This document shows positions 52,644-64,000 of a stretch of DNA of 64,000 nucleotides, in pieces. Location of the stretch: positions 12,586,001-12,650,000 of the forward strand of contig NC_135887.1 in NCBI RefSeq assembly GCF_964194155.1, in the 5' to 3' direction. Positions within the stretch are counted from its first letter, which is position 1, and each line of letters begins with the position of its first letter. The translations under genes were made by a program, and so were the position numbers. This DNA comes from Cetorhinus maximus (taxonomy: Eukaryota). Under the pieces are notes generated by a model, which was not told where the DNA came from, searched no databases, and saw nothing but the letters and a program-made list of their open reading frames with translations.

Positions 52644-52657
52644 GTTGCCATGGAGAC
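52644..52657. promoter_or_regulatory. RFX X-box
   Basis: GTTGCCATGGAGAC, a near-perfect match to the palindromic X-box GTTGCCATGGCAAC. Confidence 0.65.
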
Positions 52658-53107
52658 GCCTCTTCTCCTCCCCCTCGCGGACTGTAACACATCCCCCTAA
52701 CAACATAGTCCCTGAAAAAAAAAATAAAAAAAGGAAACGGAGCACTGATTCAAAAAGAAAAATCGTCAAGAACTCTTCGCGGATTTTCAGCTCACAACGT
52801 TCCACATACTTTGTCCGTGACTCTGTTCCTCTCCTCGGTTCCCCCCCCACCCCCCCACATTCAGCTTGGTTTGCGTATCGTTGCGCCGACTCTCAGCTCC
52901 TCCGGCTGCGGCTTCAAGATGCCCGGCCGGTTTTTCTGCTTCTCTTTCCAAATTCTGGGGCCATGACATCCATTGAGGGATGAAGTGGGAGGGGTGGGTG
53001 TGGTTGGGATAGAAGTAAGGAGGGACTATCGGCATTGGAATCTGCGAATGAATTTATGTGCGGCTGAACTTCCATCCGGAACTGACTTTCGGCGTGAGCT
53101 CAGGAGG

Positions 53108-53373
53108 CGCTGGAGGGGCGGCTGATAGGGGAGGGACAACCTCGGCCGGAAGTCGCTGGAGAGGCGGCTGAGGGGAGGGAACGGGCAAACTCGGCCGGAA
53201 GTCGCTGGAAGGGCGGCTGAGGGGAGGGAACGGACAACCTCGGCCGGAAGTCGCTGGAGGGGCGGTTGAGAGAGGGATGGGAGGGGAGGGGAGGGGGGAA
53301 GGACAACCTCGGCCGGAAGTCGCTGGGGGGGCGGACGGACAACCTCGACCGGAAGTCGCTGGGGGGCGGCTGA
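53108..53373 (+). repeat. Imperfect tandem repeat of an ETS plus GC-box unit
   Basis: Core ggacaacctcggCCGGAAGTcgctggaggggcgg x5; ETS sites at 53146, 53195, 53244, 53313 and 53349. Confidence 0.9.
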
Positions 53374-53415
53374 AGTGGGGGCGGCCGGCCGGCCCTGGGT
53401 CGGAACTTGAATGGG

Positions 53416-53485
53416 ATGATGCAGCGGGAGCTCAGCGATGCGGAGCTGCTCGCACTGGACCTGGATTTGTTTTCCACCGACTGTG
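53416..53485 (+). CDS. EXO5: Exonuclease V, coding exon 1
   Basis: MMQRELSDAELLALDLDLFSTDC resembles the EXO5 N-terminal LSD.E.L..LDL motif; phase-1 donor G|GTATGT. Confidence 0.7.
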
Positions 53486-53569
53486 GTATGTTAACATGGT
53501 GGATGACGAACATGTAGGCCCACCCTGTCTGTCCAAGTGAACCTTAAAGGTCCCTTACCCTTTGGAAGC

Positions 53570-54105
53570 CGTGACTCAGTCAGAAGGCTCTGGGTTCAAG
53601 TCCCCCTCTAAGCACAAAAAGGTTAGGCTGTCACCCCAGGTGACAGTAAAATAAAACAGAGAACTCTGGAAAACTTCAACCGGTCTGGCAGCATCTGTGG
53701 AGAGAGAAACAGAGTAAACATTTCGAGTCTGATATGATTCTTCTTCAGATCTCCCAGTGTGGTACTGTAGGGGTGCTGCACTGTCAGTGGTGCCGTCTCT
53801 CAGATGAGATATTAAACCGCCTGCCCTTTCAGGTGGATGTTAAAGATCGCACGGCACTGTTTTGAAGAAGAGCGGGGGAATTATCCCTAGTGTCCCGGCC
53901 AATATTTATCCATCAATTGGCAGCATGCAGGTTGTTTGATCATTGTCACGTTACCGTTCATGAGAGCTTTCTGTATGCACATTAGCTGCTGCTGCTGTTC
54001 CTACGTTACTATAGTGACTACACTTCAAAAGTACTTCATTGGCTGTAAATTGCCTTAGGATGTCCTAAGGCCGTGAAAGGTGCTATATAGATGACAGTCT
54101 TTCTT
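53570..54105 (+). mobile_element. DeuSINE/SacSINE1-like SINE interrupted by a Penelope-derived fragment (53647-53750)
   Basis: SINE head, then an insert, then the SINE body resumes at ccagtgtggtactg...gatgagatattaaacc. Confidence 0.65.
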
Positions 54106-54182
54106 TTAAGAGTAGGCAAGTTCTCAGTAACATGGTCAACTTTCTTTTCATAATTTAACTAACATCACCAAACTGGCCTTAA

Positions 54183-54400
54183 GTAAAAAATGCAGGAAAT
54201 ACATAGGTCTGGCAGCACCTGTGGAGAGAGAAACAGAGTTAACATTTCAGGCCTGGTTCAGTCCTGATGAAAGGTCACAGATCTCAAACGTTAAGTCTGT
54301 TTTTCCACCAATACTGCCAAACCGCCTGAGTATTTCCTACATTTTCCGTTTTTATTTCAATTTCCAGTATTTTGCTTTTGTTTCAGTTTAACTGGCTGTG
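54183..54400. mobile_element. Penelope-derived short inverted-repeat element with a hammerhead-like core
   Basis: Arms ggcagcacctgtggagagagaaacagagttaacatttcagg / aaacgttaagtctgtttttccaccaatactgcc are inverted; core CTGATGA-AAGGTC-aca-GATCT-CAAA-CGTT. Confidence 0.65.
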
Positions 54401-55084
54401 TTCCCAGCATTTTCTATTTTTTTAATTTTAAGTGGCATGAAAACGCCATCACCTGCAAGTTCCGCTCCAAGCCACACACAATCCTGACTTGGATTTATAT
54501 CATTGCCATTCCTTCACTGTTGCTGTTCCTAACAGCATTGTGGGTGTACCTGCACCGGATGGATTTCAGTGGTTCAACAATGCGGCTCACCACCACCTTC
54601 TCAAGGACAAGCAGGAATGGGCAACAAATGCTGGCCTTGCCAGTGATGACCACATGCCATGTTGGGATTTGTTGTGTCCAAATTATTTACCACATTTATC
54701 TATTAAATAGCAGTTGCTACAATTCAAAAAGTAATTCAGTCTGTTTTAGGAGATCTTGAGGATGTGTTGTTACTATATAAGTGCAGATCCTTTTAAACAT
54801 CCATCTTTTGACTAAACTTTTGCTGCTCCTAAGCTGTCTTTATCATTCACTATTTGCTTCCTTCATGGAAATGGCTTGAGATTTCTTTTTTAAACATGAA
54901 AGATGTTACTTAAGTACTAATGTAACAAAAAATATATAATAATTTGTAATCCACAAGTCGTTAGTTTTTCCTGAATGTGTTGCTGAGTTTCCGGAATACT
55001 GGTTGTCCTCTAGCATGTTGGCACAGTAGCCTTTCTTTATGATTATCTATATTCAATGTGTCAACATCAGTTGGGCAGGGAATT

Positions 55085-55452
55085 GGAGCGTCTCAGTGGG
55101 TAGCTCTCCTATCTCTGAGCCAGTGGGGCCCGGGTTCAAGTCCTACTCCAGGACATGTCCACCATGGAGGACCCCATCACTGGTGCACTTAAGACAGAGT
55201 GTATCGGGGCTAGTCTTTCACCTGGATAAATTGGGAGGGTTAGCAGCAGGAAGGGAATCTGACTGTAAAACCACCCACCAACCAAAAAAAAAGTTGGTTG
55301 ATATGAAGGGCGATCAACCCTTCATATCAACCATCATTATGGTGAGCTCATGTCACATGGTAAAAGCTGTAGGAGGAAAGGAAGGGCAGCATCAGTTGGG
55401 TGCTGCAATTTACATCAAAATCCATGGACGAGCGAGAAGGAAAAATAAGTAA
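55085..55452 (+). mobile_element. MetaSINE-like tRNA-derived SINE
   Basis: tRNA head (gggttcaagtcc); central cctggataaattgggagggttagcagcaggaagggaatctgactgtaaaacc resembles the Meta domain as I recall it. Confidence 0.55.
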
Positions 55453-56146
55453 CTCAGTGTATACAGCCACAGGGGTCACTACTGTCCTCACCTGATGTCC
55501 ACTCATTGGATTTTGATCAGGAGCAGGAACACTGGCTTCTTAGAGCAGGAAACCAATTTGGATTTGCCAGGCTGTATATGTTTACTTTAAAGAGTTTGGG
55601 TGTAATTAAGTTATTTATTTTTCAACTAATCTGTGACCTTTGAGAAAATAAATTAGTGGAATGACGAAGGTTCATTTGAAGGTGGTGAGGAGTATAAGTG
55701 TGGGAAGAAGATTAAATATAATTAATTTAAAGATACTTTCTTTCCACACCACCCCATCCTGTAAACTATTCTATATGTTTAAACCTGTACTCGTTAAATA
55801 GTATAAAATATCTTGATTGATGTGTGCAGTGCAATAGGATAGGAAAGTCCATGCAGTTATAACATATTTCTGCTTGATGTTTTCTGCATCAGCTCATCTG
55901 CTAAAACCCTCATTCATGCCTTTGTCACATACTCAACTATTCCAATGCACCCTTGCCAGGTCTCCCACATTCTACCTTCTATAAACTTGAGCTCATCCAA
56001 AACTTTGCTGCCTTCAGCAACTTGTGTCCCCTAACACCCCTGTGCTCACTGACCTACATTGGTCAAACAACGTCTTGATTTTAAAAATTCTCATCCTCGT
56101 TTTCAAATCCCTTCATCGCCTCGCCCCTATCTATATCTGTAATCTC

Positions 56147-58241
56147 ATCAGCAGCAGAATTGTATTTGAACAAAATCTGTAACCTCATGGTCTGACATAT
56201 CCCCCACTCTACCTTTATCGTCAAGCCAGGGGATCAACCCTGGCTCAATGAAGAGTGCAGGAGAGCATGCTAGGAGCAGCACCAGGCATACCTAAAAATG
56301 AGGTGTCAACCTGGTGAAGCTATAACACAGGACTACTTGCGTGCCAAACAGCATAAGCAGTAAGCGATAGACAGAGCTAAGCGATCCTATAACCAACGGA
56401 TCAGATCTAAGCTCCGTAGTCCTGCTACATCCAGTCGTGAATGGTGGTGGACAATTAAACAAGTCTCTGGAGGAGGAGGCTCCACAAATATCCCTATCAA
56501 TGATAAGGGAGCCCAGCACATCAGTGCAAAAGATAAGGCTGAAGCATTTGCTACAATCTTCAGCCAAAAGTGCTAAGTGGATGATCCACCTCGGACTCCT
56601 CAGGAGGTCCCCAGCATCACAGATGCCAGTCCTCAGCCAATTTGATTCACTCCATGTGATATCAGGAAATGGTTGAAGGCACTGGATAGTGCAAAGGCCA
56701 TGGACCCTGACAATATTCAGGCAATAGTACTGAAGACTTGTGCTCCAGAACTTGCCGTGCCCCTAGCCAATCTGTTTCAGTACAGCTACAACACTGGCAT
56801 CTACCTGGCTATGTGGAAAATTGCCCAGGTATGTCCTATACACAAAAAGCAGGACAAATCCAACCCGGCTAATTACCGCCCCATAAGTCTACTCACTGTC
56901 ATTAGTAAGGTAATGGAAGGGGTCATCAACAATGCTATCAAGTGACACTTGCTTAGCAATAACCTGCTTGCTGACGCCCAGTTTGTGTTCTGCCAGGACC
57001 ACTCAGCTCCTGACCTCATTACAGTCTTGGTTCATACATGGACAAAAGAGCTGAATTCTCGAGGTGAATTGAGAGTGACTGCCCTTGACATCAAGGCCAC
57101 ATTTGACTGAGTGTGGCATCAAGGGGCCCTAGCAAAACCGGAGTCAATGGGAATCAGGGAAAATTCTTCACTGGTTGGAATCATACCTAGCACAAAGGAA
57201 GATGGTTGTGGTTGTTGGAGGTCAGTCATCTCAGTTCCAGGTCATTACTGCGGAAGTTCCTCAGGGTTGTGTCCTAGGCCCAACCATCTTCAGCTGCTTC
57301 ATCATTGACCTTCATTTCATCATAAGGTCAAAAGTGGGATGTTCACTGATGATTGAACAATGTTCAGCACCATTCGCGACTCCTCAGATACTGGAGCAGT
57401 CCATGTCCAAATGCAACAAGACCTGGACAATATCCAGGCTTGGGCTAACAAGCGGCAAGTAACATTCACACCACACAAGTGCCAGACAATGAGCACCTCC
57501 AACAAGAGAGAATTTAATCATTGCCCCATGACATTCAATGGCATTACCATCATTGAATCCCCCACTATCAACATCCTGGGGGTTCCATTGGCCAGAAACT
57601 GAACTAGACTAGCCATATAAATACTGTGGCTACGAGAGCAGGTCAGAGACTAGGAATCCTGCAACGAGTAACTCACCTCCTGCCTCCCCAAAGCCTGTCC
57701 ACAATCTACAAGGCACAAGTCAGGAGTATGATGGAATACTCCCTATTTGCCTAGATGAGTGCAGCTCCCACAACACTCGAAAAGCTTAACATCATTCAGA
57801 ACAAAGCAGCCCGTTTGATTGGCACCACACCCACAAACATTCACTCCCTCCACCACCAACGCACAGTGGCAGCAGTGTGTACCATCCACAAGATGCACTG
57901 CAGGAATTCACCAAGGCTCCTTAGACAACACCTTCCAAACACACAACCACTACCATCTAGAAGGACAAGGGCAGCAGATAGATAGGAACACCACCACCTG
58001 CAAATTCCCGTCCATGTCACTCACCACCTTGACTTGGAACTATATCATCATATCTGCACTGTCGCTGGGTCAAAATCCTGGAACTCTCTCCTTAACAGCA
58101 CTGTGGGTGTACCTACACCGCATGGACTGCAGTGGTTCAAGAAGGCAGCTCACCACCACCTTCTCAAGGGCAACTAGGGATGGGCAATAAATGCTGGCCT
58201 AGCCAGCGAAGCCCACATCCCATGAATGAATAAAAAATAAC
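56147..58241 (+). mobile_element. CR1-clade LINE, ~2.1 kb, 5'-truncated, degenerate RT, nested in an L2-type fragment (55890-56146 / 58242-58577)
   Basis: KAMDPDNI, WKIAQVCPIHKK..KSNPANYRPISLL, VPQGCVLGPTIF and MQQDLDNIQAWA motifs; A-rich tail; probable TSD ctgtaatctc/ctgaaatctc. Confidence 0.92.
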
Positions 58242-59617
58242 CTGAAATCTCCTCCAGCCCCACAACCCTCTGAGATATTTGCGCTCCTCTAACTCTGGCC
58301 TCTTGTGCATCCCCAATTTTAATTGTTCTGTTGTTTAATTGGTGGCTTTGTCTTCAGTTGCATAGGCCCCAAGCTCTGGAGTTCCCTCCCTACATCTCTC
58401 TGTCTCTCAACCTTGCTTTCTTCCTTTAGGACACCTTTTAATACCTATCTCTTTGACCAAGCTCTTGGCCATCTCACCTAATATCTCCTTAGTGTCATAT
58501 TTTGTGCTTTAATGCTTTGTGAAGCGCTTTGGGACATTTCATTACATTAAAGGTGCTTTATAAATGTAAGTTGTTGATGGTATTGACCTGTTGAACTGTA
58601 TACAGTTATAAATTTTCTTGTTAAAAGTCTGGACTGACTTTTTTTTGATCATGTCTGAATAGGCTTAAAGAATATTGATGGTTTATCATTTGGTAAAACG
58701 TTTGGATTTTATATACACACAACTTGGATCTCGCTTAGCTTTTTTCCCCCCCTCTCATTAAACCCACAGTAAATCCTGTTTAGTCAACCTGATATCCATC
58801 TACATACATTTTTACTTGTTAATATTCCCACCCCCGCCATCCTAACATGATGTTTAACACTGCTGCAAGTGTGATTAGCTAATTCAAGATGCAGGCATTC
58901 CAGGGAGGCTTGCAGGATAGAAGAATACTTGTGCGATAGTTGCTGTAGCTTGATGCAGTCAGAGATGCCTAGAATTGGAAATGGCTGCACTTTGCAAGAA
59001 AAAAAGGAAGAATGGCATTTATATAGTGCCTCAGGGAGGTCTCAAAGCACTTCAGAGCCAATGAAGAACTCTCAAAATGTCACTGTTGTAATGTAGGGAA
59101 GCATGGAAACCAATCTGCACACAGCAAATCCCACAAACAGCAATGAGACGAATGATCTGGCCATCTGTTTTAGTGGTGTTGATTGGGAATAAATGGCCAA
59201 GTAGGAAGATATTTATACTGGAATAATTTTTGTGAAAAAATTGGCAGCGCAGGAGTTCATTTAAGGTTGTCAGATTATTGATAAACAGCATTACTCAATT
59301 GTCATTAAACTTTGTGCATAATGCTACCTGTATCAGGGTGTTGTACTCTTGAATGAGAGTGCAGTTGGCAGTTGGCTTTGAAGCACAACAAACCAAATGT
59401 CTTTATTTAGTTGTCTGTGTGAGATTATAACGTCAGAAATGCATTTCCTGAGACGTGATGCAGTTTGGGAGTTTGTTGTTTTGTAGACTGCTGGGAATTG
59501 TTAGTTTTCAACTTTACAACAACTGCAATTTTAAATTAATTTGAAAAGAGAATGTAGTGAGAGAGTGGTTCACAGAAATATATCTAATGATCTGTTGCCT
59601 AATTGCTGAATCCATAG

Positions 59618-59714
59618 AAAGGCCTGAACTGTGTGAAGGAGACGCTGGTCACACCTCAAACAGATCCACTGAATCTTGTTGTACTGGCCAAGGAACGGCC
59701 GAAGTTACTTGTAG
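59618..59714 (+). CDS. EXO5: Exonuclease V, putative coding exon 2
   Basis: catag|...ag|gtaatt; a 97-bp open frame whose phases (1 in, 2 out) exactly bridge exon 1 and exon 3. The sequence itself is poorly conserved. Confidence 0.6.
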
Positions 59715-60517
59715 GTAATTTTTAGTATTTAATACTATTAATGATATTATTGTGGCTAATCCTTGCAGTACACTGTAATAACAAAGTCTTGATTTGGAGG
59801 TCTGAACTAAAAACAGAAAGTTCTGGAGAAACTCAGCAGGTCTGGAAGCATCTGTGGAGAGAGAACCAGACCTAACGTTTAAAGTACAATATGACTTCGG
59901 GATTGAAGAGAGGTAGAAATGTGATGGATTTTACGCTTTTGAAAACAGATGGAGGGTTCAGGTGGAACAAAAAGGAAGGTCAGGGACATGTTAGAGGGCA
60001 GGGGAGCTTAAATTACAAATATGTTATGAAACAAAAGGCAAAAGGGAGTGGTAATGGTAGTAGTAAGAAACAAAGTGTTGCTTTCATCTTGGTTTGGAGG
60101 CATAGGTTAGACTGTACTTCTGTGGCTTTTATAGCTGAATATCTCACCATGCAATGTGTTTATCTTTAGGGCTGTTCCAGCAATTTTTTTTTAACGCATT
60201 CTTGATGATGGTGCCCCTACTAAACACTAACACTGACAATTGGAGTTCTTGTGAAATCCTTTTATGCTTTTGGGGTGAAATGACTATTTTGGAGAAAAAC
60301 AGATCTGTTTCAGGTTTAACAATCCACAAATTAAAATCCATTCCCTGTAATTGCATGCTTCAAAGCCACAGGCCACCCTGGTTTTGACAGCATTAATTAC
60401 AGGCATTTCCTGTTTTACCATTAAAAAGGAGAAATTGATACCGAGGTGTTTTTAGCTTAAATTTCTTCTGCCTCTGTCATTGAAAAGTAAATTGGGCAAA
60501 CAACCTTTCTCTCCCAG

Positions 60518-60783
60518 TGCAAATGAGCAATCCTCCAATCAACAGAACGTGTCGGAGCAGGAGAGTGACCCACTGTGTGAGGGCAGCAGCACCAAAAGGA
60601 GAAAGTGGGATGCAAGGATCCCGCTGGAGCGGTTTGGTCGAAAGTACCTGAGTGTCACTGACCTGAGTCGACAGGCTTGGTGCGAGCAGCAAGTGGTTTA
60701 TGGGATGGAACTACCACACATTCAGCAGCTACGAGATGAAGTTCCAGTTGTGAAAGCCGGTAGCTGTCTACACCTGGCAAGAG
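60518..60783 (+). CDS. EXO5: Exonuclease V, coding exon 3
   Basis: PLERFGRKYLSVTDLSRQAWCEQQVVYG...KAGSCLHLAR matches EXO5 (P.ERF..KYL.VTDL..Q.WCE.Q, Fe-S Cys); cccag| and G|gtaac. Confidence 0.93.
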
Positions 60784-60892
60784 GTAACGTTTACACTGGA
60801 ATGAAATGTTGCTTGTGGCCCAGCATCACAGTGAAGTAGCCAGAAACCACATGGTGCTAAGATGCAGATCTGTGCCAACGTTTCCACACGCT

Positions 60893-61230
60893 TGAAAAAA
60901 AGAAGACTGAGGGGTGACCTAATAGAGTTCTTTAAAATTCTGAAAGGTTTTGATAGAGTGGATACAGAGAGAATGTTTCCTCTTGTGGGGAAGAGCCTGA
61001 CTGGACATCGATATGAGATAAGTCACCAAGAAATCCAATAGAGAATTTAGAAGAAACTTCTTTACCTAAAGTGTGGTGTAAATGCTTTTAAGGGGAGGCT
61101 AGACAAGCACATGAGGGAGAAGGGATTGGAGGATTGAGATGATTTAGATGAGGAAAAATGGGAGGAGCCTTAAGTGCAACATAAATGCCAGCATGGACCG
61201 GTTATGTTGTATATCCAATGTAATCCTATG
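60893..61230 (+). mobile_element. CR1 3' fragment
   Basis: Encodes LEKRRLRGDLIEFFKILKGFDRVD. Confidence 0.75.
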
Positions 61231-62389
61231 CTGTGCTTTTTAGATCACAGTCCCTTTGGGAAACCAGTAAACAGGAAATAAGGTGCTTCCCAGAAGGAGA
61301 AAAAAAAACTAGTAAGGGCAAATGTCATTCATGCATAGCTCCTAAAAGCCAGTCCCACAGCACCCTGCTGTCATATTGTCTGTATTTTTCCACCCCTGCT
61401 CCCCCAGACAAGAGTTGGCTGGTGTCACTGGGATAATCAACAGAGATGTAAAATATCTTTAAAAATTGGAATGGGGGAGAGAAATAGTATTCCTGTACTT
61501 CCAAGTAAATAAAATGTCGACTTTCATGAGCACCATTAAATTGTTGGCAATTGACGTTCTTTTAAAATGAAGCTCCATAAATATGCTCTCCAGATATGCA
61601 AGTGTCACTTTTAATTTTCAGTTCTAAATTTGAACGATCTTGTGCTCTGCATCAACAGGTTTCTTAATCTTGTAAGCTTGTACCAATCAGTAGTACCACA
61701 AAGTACAAAGGCTATTGAAGCATTGACTGAACCTCATCGGGTCTACAGAAAAAAACAAGAATATTCCTAAATAATAGTTGTAGTCATATGTGCTCTCATG
61801 CCCTCCCCATGGTTTCCTAGGTGTGCAGTTCATACGTAGGCTAACTTTTCGTTTTGTGTTATTGGTTTTCTCTCCTCTCTGCTCTTCTTTTGAAGGCACT
61901 GATGTGCTGAGGGTCCAATACCTCATCCGTGACCATGTTTACTTCCAAGCCTAGGTAGTTAGTGTTGGCTTGTTCCTTTGTTGTCAACTGTGTCACAGCC
62001 AAACCTAATCCTATCCACATTTGCATATTTTCCAGTTTATTTTGCCAGTGATAATCTATGATTAGAGGAGAATTCAAAAGCTGGATCTCCTGCATCTGAA
62101 TGAGTCACCATTTACCCACTTATTTTAATTTCTTTTAACTGATGCCTTGGAAGGCACAAGACTTCTGTTGAGGTTTAATTGAACCACTACTCCTGATAGT
62201 AGTTTAAGAATGAGCACTTACCGAATGAAGTGGGCAAGGATTGAAATCCCTGCCTTTAAAGTATATGCTTTTCAAACTCCTATGTCTATCCAGTTTGGTT
62301 CGCATGGGAACTTTAATTCTGTTGTGTATTGTATACACAGTGTTGAGGGGGATGTGTTGATAAAAGTGTATTTCTGCCTCTTGTTTTAG

Positions 62390-62494
62390 AGTTGGAGGTC
62401 CAGGACGTTGTCCCGATAAATGTAGAGAGCCGGGAAGATAACTGGGCTGTAAAGATGCTTAATCTTCTCTCAATGATCCAGTTCTTGCAAGCAG
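62390..62494 (+). CDS. EXO5: Exonuclease V, coding exon 4 (not in the ORF track)
   Basis: tttag| ELEVQDVVPINVESREDNWAVKMLNLLSMIQFLQA G|gtatga; matches EXO5 ELE..D.V......ED.WA.K.LN. Confidence 0.92.
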
Positions 62495-62931
62495 GTATGA
62501 AAAAGGCACTAGCTGGTAGTTACGTTAAAGGTAGGGGGATTTGTTTTTCATCATAAAATATTTTAATATGTTCGATATTTTTCTTCTTTTTGCCACAAAG
62601 CACCTCAGACTTCTTAAGCTAGGAAATTTGGTTTGTAGCATCTTCCACAGCATCACCCAGTTTGCCTGACTTGCTGGATGGAGAGTGATTTTTTTTTTAA
62701 AGCTGCTGCGTTTGCCTCTTCAGAATGTGGCAAGTTTCACATGGTGAGGTGAGCAACCTAGACATTCAGCTCCAAACAGTCTAAATCTAGCCGAATGGCA
62801 GTCAGATTTGAGGGATGGGCCAGATAGGACTCAAAATCTCTAACTGACTGCTTTAGTAGTGAATGTCATTGTGGCTGACCGTTCAGCTGTACAGTATATC
62901 TAAAGGAGTGACATGGTTCTGTGTTGTATAG

Positions 62932-63104
62932 GAGAACTTGTACGAGAGCTGCCGGTGTTTGGAGAGCTGGAGGGGATTTTTGTAGTGGGTGTTGTTGACG
63001 AACTGTGCTATAATTCCAAAGGTGAACTGGAATTACGTGAACTGAAAACTCGTGGTCAGCGAACATATCCCAGTGCAGCCCAAAAAAGGAGTCATCACTT
63101 ACAA
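62932..63104 (+). CDS. EXO5: Exonuclease V, coding exon 5 (nuclease motifs); the gene continues beyond the window
   Basis: [38 protein letters not shown]...HHLQ|gtaagt; RecB/Cas4-like D...ELK motifs. Confidence 0.95.
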
Positions 63105-64000
63105 GTAAGTGGCTGGGGCAAGAATCATTTGGAATGAATAAGTTTTCACTGACTCACTTAAGCTGCTTTATTAAAATATTGACATCAAGCTTTTGCATAA
63201 TGTTTCCTATCATACAAAAAATGACTGGTCATTCCCAAAGCTCATTGGACGAACATAGCCTGTTGCGTTTGTAAAGCGTATAGATCATTGATTACATTTT
63301 GTACCACTGCACAATAGGGTCATATGTACACAACACTAACTCTACAGTCTAACAATGTTTAAGGAGCCTTTGCACTTCAGTGTGGATTTGAAATTGATAA
63401 TATGGAAGTATTTTCATGGACTTTTCTCTCAGGCTTACTTGGCAGCCCTCTAGCCTTTGGATCAGAAGGTTTTAGGTTCAAGCCTCTCATTAGGACTCAA
63501 ATCCACAGACAAGGTCCAATACACAGTCTACTCTGTTAGTGGAGGTGCCATCAGCTGAGATGTCAAACTAAAGTGCTATCTATGAGGACCAGTAGTTCAG
63601 TTGGACATTAAAAATCTCGGGGCAAAGAAAAATATTTACTTTTATTGCTGTTTTTGGTTCCATTCTATATTCCTTGTTCTGTGTTCAGCCAATGGTTCTG
63701 AAACCTTATTGGTTGAAGGGCCCTTTTTCAAATGTATCGATAATTATGGTCTCCCATCTGAATTATAAAATGATTATGCAAGTTGTGCATGTGCAGCATT
63801 TCAAAATGCTTTTAAGAAAACAAGTATTTGCTTGCAGATATCAATGAGATGTGTCTGTCCACTTCAATATTTTAAAAAAAACCTCCTCTCCCTTGTACAA
63901 GGCTGAACTCATCTGATGCCTACCAGCAGCCTTGGTAACTGCAGGTCTACCTCGTGAACTTTGTGCCACTCAGTGCTCCTCCATGCACACGTACTCCTAG

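Larger units (their letters stand above)
52600..53480. promoter_or_regulatory. CpG-rich bidirectional promoter between LIAT1 (-) and EXO5 (+)
   Basis: High CpG density against a CpG-poor background; divergent ATGs at 52074 and 53416; five CCGGAAGT sites, multiple GGGCGG boxes and an X-box. Confidence 0.8.

Noticed and set aside
53108-53373. CRISPR-like array (conserved ~30-bp repeats with variable linkers) next to a Cas4-related nuclease (EXO5)
   Set aside because: The linkers are related G-rich low-complexity sequence of uneven length, not unique spacers. The context is a vertebrate CpG promoter, and EXO5 is a spliced host repair gene.
63944-64000. Next EXO5 exon after ctgcag near the window end
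   Set aside because: The translation does not give the expected V..Y continuation of the QxxxY motif and stops quickly; the next exon is probably outside the window.

Overview
This is vertebrate genomic DNA, most likely from a shark or other cartilaginous fish (inferred from the repeat landscape: DeuSINE/SacSINE-like SINEs, HER1-type CR1 tails, Harbingers and Penelope elements). It is not prokaryotic. I reconstructed three spliced host genes by hand, all with phase-consistent GT-AG introns. RFLNB (refilin B) is on the + strand with 3 coding exons, 17735-35612, 219 aa. LIAT1/C17orf97 is on the - strand with 2 coding exons, 52074-45153, 204 aa, convergent with RFLNB. EXO5 is on the + strand with at least 5 coding exons from 53416 and runs off the window. 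LIAT1 and EXO5 are head-to-head across a CpG-rich bidirectional promoter that carries a tandem array of ETS (CCGGAAGT) plus GC-box units and an RFX X-box. The first 16 kb is transposon-rich: three PIF/Harbinger elements (two complete, with TIRs and 3-bp TSDs), a Penelope-like element with an inverted terminal repeat and decayed hammerhead ribozymes, and CR1 fragments. Further nested TE stacks lie in the LIAT1 and EXO5 introns. I did not find a clearly new biological system. The best leads are the intron-rich EXO5 at the RFLNB-LIAT1 locus, the promoter built from a repeat, the hammerhead-bearing Penelope derivatives, and a Harbinger that keeps only its Myb gene. No database searches were run; gene identities rest on remembered protein motifs.
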